Assembly (NCBI GenBank): GCA_964304625.1
Contig: OZ199840.1
Location: forward strand, 5,197,200 to 5,261,199
Direction: 5' to 3'
Length of the DNA stretch: 64,000 bases
DNA from: Kudoa neothunni
Lineage: Eukaryota; Animalia; Cnidaria
The translations under genes and the position numbers were made by a program. The notes below the pieces were generated by a model. That model had not been told where the DNA came from. It did not search any database and was given only the letters and a program-made list of their open reading frames with translations. How positions within the stretch are numbered: the first letter of the stretch is position 1; every line of letters begins with the position of its first letter. Shown one piece after another: positions 14,231-28,300 of the stretch.

Positions 14231-14529
14231 TTTATGGTCACTTCTACATTGTGAGCAATTGTAGCTTTATATTAGCGTTTGTAATCTCGTATTCTTGTCT
14301 TATTAGATTTAAGATTTTCACTTTGATCAGGCATTCCTATGTCTTTATTGAGAATGCTTGCATCTTGGTTGGTTGGACATCCGTAAAATTGCGTGGGAAA
14401 ATTTGAATTTAGCCGTGAGAGACAGTGTCATTATCATATAACTCTCATTCATTTTTGCGATATCTAAAGAATAAAGTCTATTCTTAAGTTCAAAATACCT
14501 TAATCAATAGTTATAGCAATGGTTTTCAA

Positions 14530-15960
14530 TCACTGTTCCGCGGCAGGAATACATATGAAAATTTTTATTGGCATCGAAATCTAAATAAATGTTGCCGATA
14601 CGTTTGACGATGTCAAAAATGAACAGTTTTGTCCATTTTAATTAATTATTATTCCAATAACAAGTATCAAAATTTAAAATAATTTTAATAAATATTTTAA
14701 TCCTTTCAATTTGTTAAAAACCCATTCAATGCTGGTAGCAGCAGTGCTCCAATAATCAATTTGAGTTCGTTTTTGAATGCAAGATCCCGAATTTCATCAA
14801 ATCGTGCTATCGTTTTGTCTTTTTTCCTTTAAAAATTTTCTACATAGCAAGAAATATTTGCGATATCAAGGATCGTGTTATTCTGCTGCAATTGAAACAA
14901 CAGAAAGTGAATGACCCATGCTTGCTTTCACTTGTGAGCAATATCCAAAAATATATCGCTTTTGATTCAACGCTTTAAAATGGAGACAAAAAATATCCAA
15001 ATATTGTAGATATAACTGTAACTGTAATACGAAGTTAGCAACCACAAATATCACATGAATTTTACTTATTTTGAATACGAAAAAAACATTGAAAATATCG
15101 CTGTTATTTTTTTGGTGGGTAAGTGTGTAAATTTTAATACTTTTATTTTATTTATTAAGGTTTAATTTTATGTGAGTGTCCGCGAAAATTTTTAATCTAT
15201 TTCTGTGGCATTCTTATCAAAAAAAGCAACTTTTGCGATTTTTGTTTAATCCATAAGTTTACAAAATGAGGCAGGCTACAATCATATCAACAAAACTTTG
15301 AGATTCGTTTTTAACAAAAGCCCAAAAGACTGGACGGGTACGACCATGAGTATCAACAGTGGTGAAGTGATATAGTAGAATCTAGTTTTGTTCATTTTGT
15401 ACGTGTCATCAATGTGTAAAACATCACAATAACATAAATACAGTTTTTTCATATTTCTTGAGGTGAAACATAGGACGTTTAATTCATTAGTGTTTTTTTT
15501 CTTTGTAGATATCAAGTAAGAGTTCATCATCGTACATTTTAGAATGATCGTCCATAGAAAAAGATTATCGAGTTATTTTCTTTGAAAGGTGATTCATGTT
15601 TCTGATATTTTTGAGGTTCAACTGAAAGTTTAGGTTAGATTCAAGAGTTTTTCCTTAATCTTTTTGTTATTCACATCCCAATTAAAACATAGAGATAACG
15701 TTCGCTTTAGTTTAGTGGGTGGGAGCATTTTGATTATGTTGGTAAAAAGATACATCATACTTTTCATGATTACGAGTGATATTACATTTAAGTACATTAA
15801 CACAATTTTGACGGGATACAGTAATAAACGCAGGACAACCAGTTGTCAGTGTGGATTGAGTTGAGTGGAATGTTTTCTTCGAAGGCGTGCTGTCTCCGTG
15901 TACGTAAATGTATTTGAAATACCTGAAAATTAACTTTCCATTATCGTTATCAACGATGCA
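14530..15960 (-). mobile_element. Decayed MULE (Mutator/ZSWIM3-FAR1-like) transposase
   Basis: ORF 15282-15530 reads LCFTSRNMKKLY..CDVLHIDDTYKMNK, matching the MULE motif FxDxTYKxN; residual SWIM-like segment near 14570-14635. Confidence 0.75.
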
Positions 15961-18900
15961 CTCGTGGTTATTTTTCTTTTCAATTTTATCACTTTTATCA
16001 ACTCTGTAAGTGAAACCGGAACTGTAACTTTCCGTGAGTTAAATTACACTTTCAAAACATATTGTAATAAAATCATCAATACATTCTTTCATTCATTCAT
16101 TCATTCGTATATATATATATATATATATATGAATAAAATTGACTTGTAAGGAACTTATGCACACCTTGCATTATATAAACTCACTGTTACATATTCAACA
16201 CAAGTGGAGCCAAAAAATTCTGTTCGATATATCTCTCTTTGGGTAATTAATTGCGCTAAATAGGAGACAAATTTGTATATAATAATAAAAAAAGCATTTG
16301 GAGTGAGTATAATTATTTAAACAAGTTTTTTTCTTCCACATATCTTTAAATTTGTTCGTTATATGACACCCACCTATTACAATTCTTACTCCCACTATAC
16401 AATCAAGTAATAAGTTGCTAGATTATATGAACTCTGATGCAACAATATTCACTTTTAAAATGTTGTGTACCAAGAAGATATCTTAAGTGTAAAGTTAAGA
16501 GTTATTTATAATTGAAAATTAATATTATAAACTGTATACAATGTTAAGTTCATCCAAGTAATAAGCAATCGCAATTGTCTTAATGTACTAGAAATAGTCA
16601 TATAGACTGTTTTTGTGATGGAATAAAATGTATGAAGTGTAGTTGGTTGATTAATATTTATTTATTTGCATTATAACATACAAAACTAACGAAAACAAAA
16701 TTAATCTTATAATCCGTCACGCATGCACTATTGTTGTGGAATGAGATACTATCATTGGAAAAATAGAGTTTTAACACCGAGAACATATTGAAGCTGACAT
16801 TGTCATTGTATCAAACAACGTTATCATTAATTGAATTACTTTCCAACATGGAATATTTATGATTCTCTTTTGCGTTTATGATATTTTCTATACTCGAGAC
16901 TACACTTTAAATTACCGGAATCTGGGATTTCACAAGACACTGGACAATTTTTGCTCATAAACCTCTCGATGTTCGTTGAATAGGCTACATAATTCTTTTC
17001 TCAAATTATTATAAGAGTTATGAAATATCTTTTGACTGATAGGGGGGAATATTCCAAGTTCTGTTGATTATTTCTGTTTCCTTCACATTCCTATGTAGAG
17101 AACCACTAAATTCAACATTGGCCAAGTTAGAAAAATAGTAAAACCTGCGAGAAGTTGTTCATGGTTAAAAGGTATCCAAACAGATTAAATTCTTAAATTA
17201 GGAATTAACAATAGTTAATTCTCTGTATAGGTAGTAATAAACCAAAAATTCACCAATCAAAAAAAGAATTCATTTTTTGCATTAATATTATCGATAATTA
17301 TGAGAAATAAATAGATCCAATTTCCACAATTTAATACCTCGTAAATAAAATCATAATACGTATTTTCGTGTGTCAGTCAATAATAGTAACAAATCCTGAC
17401 AGTTCCGAATTATACTCAATTCATGTTGTTCGTGATAAGACCGAGGTATTGGATGAGAAAAAGATAACGACAATTACAATTGAGGAATGTTTAATTGAAT
17501 ATATTATCAACATTACGCGGTATCAATGACGGAAGCCTAACCTAAAAATTTGGTTATGGAAAATAATAATAAACTTGAAGATCCAAATCAATTTTATAAA
17601 GAAAAATACAAGTTTCCAATGGGTAACTATTTTTTTATCTGTCACATCGTGATATTTGTTTATTCGTCATTTTTGTGGATACATACAACCACTCTAGTAC
17701 TCATTATCATTTACTTTCTTTTTTAAAAACATCATTGTCTTATTGAGTTGTTCGTCAGCTTGGTGAATTTTAGGACCAATATAACACAGTTTTTTTGAAC
17801 AATTACTTATTTAAATGGATTACTTATGTTAATTAACATTGGTTTAACCTTGACATTGGGAATATTAAGACCGGCTGAAACATTAATCTCTGAATTAACC
17901 TTATTTTAAATATTTGAAGAAAAACTGATTTCTCTATATTTATTGAGTGTATCTTTTTCGATTATATTGTAATATTTAGGTAGAATGAGGTTGAAATAGA
18001 ATATCTACTAAAGGGAGATTATATGGAAGTCAAGGAATCGAATCCCGCCGCCGACAAACAAAAAAATCGATTCGGAGGTATGCTCATATTTTCTAATATC
18101 TTATAATTTAAAATAAGTTTATTATGGTAACTGATTATATACTAACTATTTTATAAACTTTTAATGATGATTATGGTCATTTTATTAACACACACGTGAT
18201 GTGTTTCAACATGAGTAAATGGTTGTTGTCTATTTTTGTATACAGTTATGTTAACACATTACTTTCTAGTATTCATATATAAAGTTCTTAATTTTTCTAT
18301 GTCAGCAAACACCTGATAATGAGCACATTTACCTTGTTAATCCAAGCATTTATTCTCTAAAATTTACAACTCCTTTTAAAAGCAAATATTCTCGCGTGGG
18401 TTATTCATCATTTTTTCATCTATCAACTAATTATTTCCATATCAATTATCTTAATACCAATACAATAATTTTGAAATATTTAAGGAATCATTTGATTGAT
18501 TTGTATAACTTCATGTGATAATTAAAAGTTTAATAAATATAATGCATTTATTATTAAAAATTACGGTTATTAATTATTTTTCCTACGGTGAATATATTAA
18601 TTTGCCGATCAAATTTAACTTTAATAAAATATTCATTTAAAATGTAAAATAATTGAATTCTCCTTCAATATTCCAAACATTAAGCTTATAAAATAATTCC
18701 ATTTTTTCCTTTTCTTCTTAATTATATTTTATAGTATATCTTTTAGGTCATTTTAATTATAATAATCTCATAAATAATCTAATTTGCCGTAATTTCCTGA
18801 TATATGATAATATTATGTTTATGTAAATAAATATTTTTGAGCAATTTAAGTGAAACAGTTTTTTACAAAAAGTCGAAGTTTCCTAATGTTAACCAAAATA

Positions 18901-19994
18901 ATTATAACTTTATTGTATAAATACATAATATTATCGGTAATAAGTTTAAATCTGCGGGATGTATTTTTAGTAGATTCTATCTATAGAATTTGGAGTATAT
19001 TTACTACAAAACTTAACCTGGTCTGGCTCAATAATCGTGAATTATTTTCAACGAATAATGATGCCTTACGTTAAATAGTGCATTGAACAAGTTATTATCT
19101 AACTCACCGTAATGTAATGGGAGTCGATATCATCAAAAAATTCATTGAAAGCGTTCATCTTAATTCACCCACCAGAATGGTCCAACTAGCGCAAGCTTCT
19201 TTCCCAAATAATCACATTTTTCAACATAAACCAAATAGGCACATGATTAAAATAAAATCTCCGAGAAAGTATTCTTTAACATTATAATTCAAAAATTAAC
19301 TTTTTTTATTATTAGAGCCTGATATATCTGACAAAATAGATGTTTCTCCGTCCATCTGACAGCAGAATCTCATATTTTATCAACCGAAAGCTTCGAGCGA
19401 ACAATGAAGAATGCCACATTGGATTAGGTGGGGTATTAATTGGAGATTTGTTGATGAAATTTTACAGGAGTTTCTCATTTAATTATTTATAATTTTTAAA
19501 GTTAATACAAGCAAAAAACCCCTCGGATATTTTTCATCTTAAGCTCTTTAGAGGATGAATTTTTTGGACATGACCTGAACTTATATTTCAGCCGAGTTTT
19601 TGGTATCTGGTACGTTTAGCGAATATAGGAGAACAGCGTAGATTTCATATTTATATGAGAATGTCGTAAAATTTTATTCCCACACTAAATGTGGTTTCGG
19701 ATGTAATACACCTCAAATCCGTTAGAGGGTTAATTACAATTATGGATTATAATTGATGTAAAAATTAATGGTGGATTTTAGTCATAATCAATAAATCAAC
19801 TGATGTGGAATACTTTCTTTTTATATTTGTTGGGTGTTTATCCGATTCGAGTAAAATCGAAACTTTGGAACACTAATAATTTTTCAATAAATAATATTTT
19901 AAATGTATTCTAACATTTGTGCGATTAAATTTATAAATTCTACATTTCCTGACTTTTTAATTAAGAAGAATATTGAAGTAATTAGTTTTCTTAA

Positions 19995-20393
19995 CCCTCA
20001 AGGCAAAGATTTTGGGGTGAAATTCAGCCCAGCAAAATTTGTCCTTAATTATTCATGCAAAAAATATGTTTATTTTTCAAAATGAATTCTATCATAACTC
20101 ATTATATTTAAAAAATGAATTAAGTCAGAAATTAAAATAAAATACATCGTATTTACATTTGTTACTCTAAATTAATTGTTTTAATTTTGTGCGATACCGA
20201 AGAATTTGTGACTTATGACTTACTTATGAATTGTCGTATAAGGTTATACGAGGATTAGTAATGGGTGTAATGGCACTTTTTATCTGAATGTAATTTATTA
20301 CAATTTTTTGTTTAAGTTGACTTTAAAAAAACTCTGGGATGAATTTCGCCCCAAAATCTTTGGAGCTATTTCGTTTTTTGATACCTTAGAGGG
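19995..20393. mobile_element. piggyBac-derived MITE, 399 bp
   Basis: TTAA on both sides. Ends CCCTCAAGG and CCCTCTAAGG, with internal IR CAAAGATTTTGGGG(T/C)GAAATTCA(G/T)CCCAG at asymmetric spacing, as is typical of piggyBac. Confidence 0.88.
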
Positions 20394-21128
20394 TTAATTA
20401 AAATTATCATTTAATAATAACTCATATGCATATAAATAATTTATTTTTAAATATGTGTATAATTATAGCTTAATAAGATTTACGCTGATTTAGTTTTGAT
20501 AAAGAATAAAAGGAAGAAAAAAATTATATAGAGAAATACACAATAAAAATTATGACATTATTTGATGTCTATTTTGGTTTTCAAATGTAAGATTTCTCAT
20601 CTAAATGTTAGAAATTTTAGAAAAAGAATGTATTAACATTTAATATGTATATTTCATTGCGAGTAAAATAACCCTTTCGAAATATTTAAAAAGAAAATAT
20701 AAAAATTTGCCAATTGAATGTACAAATATCATCAGAAAAAATGTTAAGGAGGTTATATGTCCATCAACACATTTAAAAAAGACTATTTGATTATAATAAA
20801 AGAATAAAATATAATTATCTGTCCATATAATGGGAAATATATTCACATGCGCATAAATGAAATCAATAATACATTGTTACATATAAGAAAAGTGAACTAA
20901 AACTTTTTTTATTAAAATATTGAATTATTGCTTGTATAATGAATAATTACAAATTTTTAATCGTATATTCAATAAATAACGCCATTGATTGCAATCCTTT
21001 AAAACTCAAATAGTTAAAAATTAGATGCTGTTTTTAATTTTTATTTGATAAAAATAGTATTATATAATAAACTCATTATTATATTGATGGAATATAGAGA
21101 AAAATTCTATAACTTTCTATATAGCTTA

Positions 21129-21129
21129 T

Positions 21130-21176
<47 letters not shown>
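21129..21176. repeat. Compound (TA)n(TG)n microsatellite; other (TA)n tracts at ~912, 10195, 16107, 35796 and 63888, and (CA)n at ~37607
   Basis: Directly visible. Confidence 0.9.
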
Positions 21177-22797
21177 ATGGAATAAATCAATTTTACATAT
21201 TGGCTTATTATGGCAGTGATATGATAGAGCCAGATTTTAAATATGAGACAGAGTACCTTTCTAATATATGTTTACCAAAGTTGCTAACTTAAACTTGCAT
21301 TAAAAACGTTAGTAAATTGATTTTTAACAAAATTATCTTATTGAAGGGACAATTAAACAACATTGGTTATTTAGCAACTAATTCTGAAACTTTTCTAATA
21401 AAACTAAAATCTATTCACAGTAAACAATGAACCTTTTAATTTTGTAGTAATTTATTACAATCACCACAGTTTAAAATACGATTTCCAAATACCATAAAGG
21501 GTGATTAATCTAGAATGAATCGGTGTATTTTGATCGTCTTTACAACGATTTTGATTAGTCGGTCTGTTTATGATACTTGTAAGTGTGGAAATTATAACAT
21601 GAGAATATCATTTTTTTTCTATTTTGTGGTCATAACGAATGTTTGCATATTTTTTGTAATAAAAATATAACTAGAGGATATCATGGATTTTCTTTACTGA
21701 AATTATTCGTTTCACGAGGAAATCAGTTAATTTATTTGAAGGTACAAATGTTCAGCCAGCAAAACAAAAAATAAGGAAAATTGAGGTATGCGCCAAAATT
21801 AAAATTAAATTAATCTTGGGTTTTATGATCGTTCGTACTAAATTATGCGTTTCTAAATGCGAATCGTTCCATATAAATAAATAATAAACATCCTAATCGT
21901 TATATACAAGAAGATTCCGAATTGTTCGTATACATACGAATAAACATGTTGTTAAAAATAATAATACATATGATTTTGACTAAAAATTTTGCACAACTTT
22001 ATGTTGTGATAGGATTAAAAAATTCATGACCAACCAAAAGGTCATACCATTTGACCTAATAACCTGCGTATTATAATATGGTTTTAAAGTGCATATATTT
22101 ATTCACAGCTGAAACTCATTATTCTTGGTTGAAACCGATCAATTTTTTGGGTTATATAATCAAATAAATTCAATCAAGTGGTAGAATTGAACGAATAATA
22201 ATGTCAGAGATGTGTCAAAGGGAAAATCCGTCGTAAAATTGATTAAAAAATCTCCATCATATTACGTATAATTCTGACCGAATTAGTGTATAAATGAATA
22301 CGGTTGATATTTACTTGAGAGAATGGTGTACATTGACGAGCAATAGTTAAATTCAACAAAGCAACCTAATTCACCTTAAACCAAGGATAAGCAGGTTTTG
22401 ACTTAAAAACCCCTTCTTCAGTGATTAGTTACCCTAAGTCTAATACTTTTGAATTGGGACACCAATAGGTAACTACTACTAGCTTTGATGTTGTTTGGTG
22501 TTATTATACATCTTACCTCATCATCAAGTAGACCTTATTCGTTGTCATTGTTACTTAAATTAAATCTAACTTCATAAATCATAACCAAGTTATACCCCCA
22601 CCCTTATGTTGGTCAATAACAACTTAAAACGTTGATAGATGCACGTATCTACAAGTTTCTTGGAATTTTTAGCTACAATTTAACTCATTCGGTTATTTTT
22701 AATACAACGAATGCAATAATAAACCCTAATTTTTATTCGAATCAATACTATAATTATAGACCGGACTGTAAAAGCTAATAATGCAATTTAGATAAAG

Positions 22798-25360
22798 ATG
22801 GAGGATAAAAACAGAAAAATAAATAAAATAATGGACAATCATAACGAGCCCGAAGAATCCAAAACTCCCCCAAATAAGGTGTCCGTATTCCCAATGGGTG
22901 ACCGTAATGAGATTGTCAAAAAACAAATAAATATTAACAAAATGGGTGTTTCAGTTTCAATCGATGAGAAGCCATCAAACTCAATAGTTGACCTCAATTA
23001 CGATGGAGTGGATCTGGAGAACAAACCTTATACAAATCATGATGAATATGATCCTCGAGTGAATGCGAATGCCGAAGGAAACATCACCAATTTATCAAGT
23101 GAAAATAAATATATGAGTATAATAATAATAATAATAATTAATTTTGTGAATAATAAGACAAAAAAAACAAATAATAAGGAAATTATCGAAACAATAATTC
23201 CACAAAACATTAAAGAACCCACCCGTGAGTATGATTACAATGGAAACTACGACAATTATGCTAATTACGTGAGTGGAAATAGTGAGGTTTCGTTTGAAAA
23301 AACTGATAGCTACAACTTCCATCACTCTCAAACATACGACCACTGTGCTGTATGTGTGGTTAGAGTTTATTTGTTCGGAAATATTTGTTGTAGAATAATG
23401 CACTCATATCGTGTAAAGTACCCATTAGAAAGTCCAAGTCATCTCAAAGTTTTACCTACCGAAATCGCCCTATTTCACAAAGCAGCGACTTAGGTTTTAA
23501 TGGAGATGATTTAAGTAGGGGTACATCATATTCTTCATCAATATCATTTGGTAATTGGACATTAGTAAACACATTAAATACAATTTTATTGTAGAGTATC
23601 TAAAAAGTGATTCTCCCTTTTCTATTGGGCCTGATGAACACGCATCTTTCAACTCCATAAAATACAGGAATCATATTAACTCAATGAAAGGTAGTTTATA
23701 TAAAAAAGGTAATAATGGATTTGATTGTTGGTAGACCATGACATTACCCTTGAGCAAATTAGCTCCACATTAAAATTACTCGCCGAATTATACGAGTTTA
23801 CAAGTGATAGCAAAAACGCGTCAACAGCCAGCACCTATTCTAGTTCTCTTTCTGTTAGCGAATATAATCGTAAGGCCATATGTTATCTTCGTTGATAAAA
23901 TTTTGAATAGCTAATAATGTATTTATGGGAGTTGATGCGTTAAAAGTTGAGAAATGTTGCAAATGTTGTTTAAAATGTGAATTATTACAATTATTAACTG
24001 ATGTTTAAGGTGGGAAAATATTGCCAATGTCTCGAAGGGGTCGTTTAGTGAGTTGGATAAAAAGAAAGGAATTAGGTAATGATTTCAGCCACGAGACCTA
24101 CAAAAACACCGCAGAGGTTGTTCGAGGCCGACGCCACCGTTCCAAATATATAAGAAGATTACCCAGTATTTGGTTTCCTGTGTACTGTGTGTTAACGAAG
24201 GTGATGACAGGAGAAGAACAGCTCGATAATGGAGAGGAGAAGTTACCAAAACCAACCATGCTGTCGACCTCCCAAGATAGCAATGATGGTATATGACTGG
24301 ATTTTTCGTGAATATTTTTATTAAATTCCGGTATATAGGTGCTGACAGTGATGGCTTGGATTACCATTGTGACGACGAGTCCAACAACTCCGAAGATCCG
24401 TTCTTTCTTCAAAACCCTCACAACAAAAAACGTGAAACTCCAGATCAAAGTATATATTTTTTATTTTTATAGATTTTTGTCTATTTTGATAATTATTTAA
24501 TAATTATTAAATTAAAAAAAATATAATGTATTATAATAATGAAAAAAATATATAGGTAACTCAAGCCTTCCGAGGAAACTGTTTCCGAATAGTTTTGATC
24601 GAATTCCATTACCCAGGATCACCTCCTATTACAGAAATGTGCCTCCTGATCATATTAGCAATAATAGCAATAGTAGCCATCCGGGGTAGTTAATTTTACC
24701 CACTTATTATAAATATACATATATTTTTTATAATTTAATGTGATGTTTTAGACCAGATCGATTAGCGTCCATTCATCAACAACCCATCAATGCGGATGTT
24801 TCATCGACTCAAGGTTTTTTTACCGAGATTGGTGTTACATTCACGCACCCCATGCAACAACACTCCTACAAATCAAAACATGTGTAATTGGTTGACTTAT
24901 TATAGAAAATAATTTGATTGAATTTTAGCGCCATTTCGAAACGACGTTGTCAGATTTCCACCTTATTTAGGTATGGATATGATGGAGTTTCTAAGAAATT
25001 CATTTGGACAAATATCCCCGAAAAACAATTTCCCCCCAACGTTCATAACCTGCAACAATCCAAATCATTGCATGGATAGTTTCGGTGTTCATTTATCCGA
25101 GATATTGTGCAATGACGGCACTTCTTATATCACCTACGTGCCGCAAACATCCATTATGATGTTGGATAATAACTTTTATCGAGTTTCCACCCAACTCTTT
25201 ATTTTCCATCAACACGCACCTCCTTTGAATCGGGTAGGTTATTATAGAAGAAGGGTCGTGCTAAATAATTAATATCTCTTTGGTATTATAGGTTGCACAC
25301 GTTAGGAGGATGGATATTCATACCTTTTTAAATTTCATTAAACGAAGGCATTAACCACTA
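22798..25360 (+). CDS. Uncharacterised multi-exon gene (hydrophilic, N/D/S-rich, largely disordered)
   Basis: ATG at 22798 opens a 231-aa ORF that probably reads through small introns. Further higher-GC exon blocks with GT/AG edges lie at ~24.0-24.45, 24.56-24.9 and 24.97-25.23 kb. No domain recognised; exon structure unresolved. Confidence 0.5.
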
Positions 25361-28300
25361 CTACTCAGACTCAGTTCATCGTTGATACTGGCTGCTGCCT
25401 TGTTGCTGGAATTCGATCCCATATAATTAAAAATTCAATTACAATTATAATGTGTGTTCTTTTGAATAACAATATTTCTCTTTGCATTAAATTTTTTTTA
25501 AATGTAGTATTCTCTAAATTATCCCAGAAATGTCCTATTTTCCAATAATTTAATTATTATTCAATTTGATTGACTCAAATTATTGCTGCATGGCGTTGAT
25601 TTAATTTATCTTATAACAGAAAAATTGTGTTGACAACAGAGTGAAAAACTGGGTTTATATTCAGAGTGCATCGATTACAGATTACAGCGGGGCGGACCGA
25701 ATTTGAGATCATCATAATAATCAATTTGTTGATAAGCTATGAATTATTTATATAAATAGGAATAATCGCACATTGCAACCTGATGAAGTGTGCTTAAAAA
25801 ATTGTGTCAAATAATTTAAATATTTCAAATATCGGATCTCTTTGATCTCAATATAATCTAGAACATTTAATTAATTTTACATATATTTTATGTAAAATTT
25901 GAGTTATTTTAAACGTTGCTTTTATATATTTTTGGAATAGGGGTGGTAAATGGAATAGCCCTTTCAAATCTATGTCCTTAGTTTTCAATCAATTTATTCC
26001 ATTTATATGAAAAAATTTCTTTAAAGTCCTATTTATTCTTCGAATACATCAAATGAGGTAATATCAATGATATTTATTCACTTATACTCATCACAAACTC
26101 CAATGATTATTATACTGCTTGATTGATGTATGGTACAAATTCCGAGCGTATACAATACATACAAGTACGTCAGACCGTTACATAGAAAAAACATCCCATC
26201 ATCACCCGGAAAACCTGTGCATATTGTCCAACTATATAGCGCTTCATCGAATTTCTTCAAATAAATTTTTTATACAAATAATTATTCTATATCAATTAGA
26301 GAAAACCTCGTTTTCCATGTAGTCGTCTGTTGAATATAGTTGTTCTTTCTCATTCTAAAATTGAAAAAGAAATGGTAGCATTCAATGAACTCTAGGAAAC
26401 TTTAAGCTGGTTTACACATCCTAAATTATTTAAAAAATTTTACTCCTTTTTTTGGACAAGGATGAAAGAATTTCTCATGTATTTTCGAATTTTTATCTTA
26501 ATGAGCGATTAGTTGTTTTGTTAAACTTAATGTAGCACGCTTTCAATATAATATTTCTTTTCACATAATATTGATTTGAAAAAAAAATCAGAGCATGTCA
26601 TCTCACAATTACTTACTATTGACAATAACAGTTTTACTAAGATACAAAATACTCTTGGAAAATCATTTATTATCTACTATTATCAAATATAAGCGTAATA
26701 TTGATGGAAAAAAATTATATATTCAATAAAAGTTCAATTAATAAAACACTCCACTTCATGTAAAAAACTCAATGCTCCTAAAACATTGCCTCATTTTTTC
26801 CGCATACAATATGAAGCATTGAAAAATGGGGATCTCCGCTAATTACAACTAGAGAAGAAGCCAACGCGAGAGAATAAATAGAAAATTTCAGTTGTACATT
26901 ATCGTATCAATATATGAATTTTTACCGCGCGATACATAATACGATCCAAAATATTTTATTTCCTTGATTTGTATATCAAAAATGATGAATCAATATTAAA
27001 TATTATCGCCAAGCTAGTTATTAATATGAATTGATTTTACAGATAAAATAATATTGGTCACCTCATAATTCATTCAAATAGCAACAAAAAATATCGCATA
27101 AAGAGAAGAGACAACGGGTTGTTGATTATAAAATGTTCAGCCTTTAAATCCAACAATTGACTTCTTTTAATAATCAAAAATAATTCATAAATTTGCAATA
27201 TTGACAGAAAAACATCGAAATAAAACAAACCACGTGTGCGATGACATCATGAGATGCTTTCATGGATTATTCAGTGGTTTAAGGGATTAAATGGCAAACA
27301 CGCACTCAAAACAAACTTAAATCAAAATATTTCTCTTGAAAGTCATATTTTTCTATCAGTGGTTTTTAGCGTTTCAACTTGAGGTAATGACAAATAAGTT
27401 ATGTTTAGATGGATAGCGATTATCGTTTATAACACAAGATTTAGTTATCCTCCGACTAAATTTGTTGTGTAATTTAGAAAATCGGAATGTTAATCCTCTA
27501 ATTCCGTTAGGCGTCGGTATGCGAGGCATTAACTTCGACAAAAGAACTTAAGGTTGGTTCACAAGATACATATCGATAATATTCTGTAATGATTGATACA
27601 TTACATTTTCTGCATAATTTTTTCAATCTATACAAAAAATACATTTTTTCCTTGTAATTCCACTAGTAATTTGTAATTTTGACATCGATGTTTGAAGTAT
27701 GTAATCATCCGACTTTCATTAATTTAATGGGAAAGTTTTTTATATCTCCTATTCTAATGTATGATGAGTTTATTCTAGTAATTGGTTAAAGGAACAATGA
27801 TTTTAAAAAAAGATTAAGGGGATTACAGGGATTAATACATAAAGGACACATATTCAACAAATATTGGTCAAATAATTTAGCTGGTGGTGGGATTGAATAT
27901 TTGAATTTTTTGCTACTAATGATATGGTGGGTAATCATTAGTACAATGCATATATATCGTGAGAGCTAATTACAATTGTCCCTAAATATTTATTGTTAAA
28001 ATATACATATTATGAAGCATTAATTTTTTAATATGTAAAGAAAACGAAAAAAGATATAATCCGGTGATAAATATCAGTGAGCAAAGTTTTTTGGAGAGGA
28101 AACAAAATAGGATAGACGAATCCGATTTAAATTGGCGCCTTATGGAACTATCCCCTGCACCAAATTTAGAACTGAATACACTTTGAGATAGGTCACAAAA
28201 ATTATAATAAAGTATGTTTGGTAATGGCGATACGTGACCACACTTATTCTCATTATAAACAGGACATTTCAATTCAAACAGATTCGCCAAACATCAGAAT

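Noticed and set aside
17400-21790. Isolated + strand exon-like blocks (~17.4, 18.0 and 21.7 kb)
   Set aside because: They have AG/GT edges but could not be linked into a coherent gene or assigned to a family.
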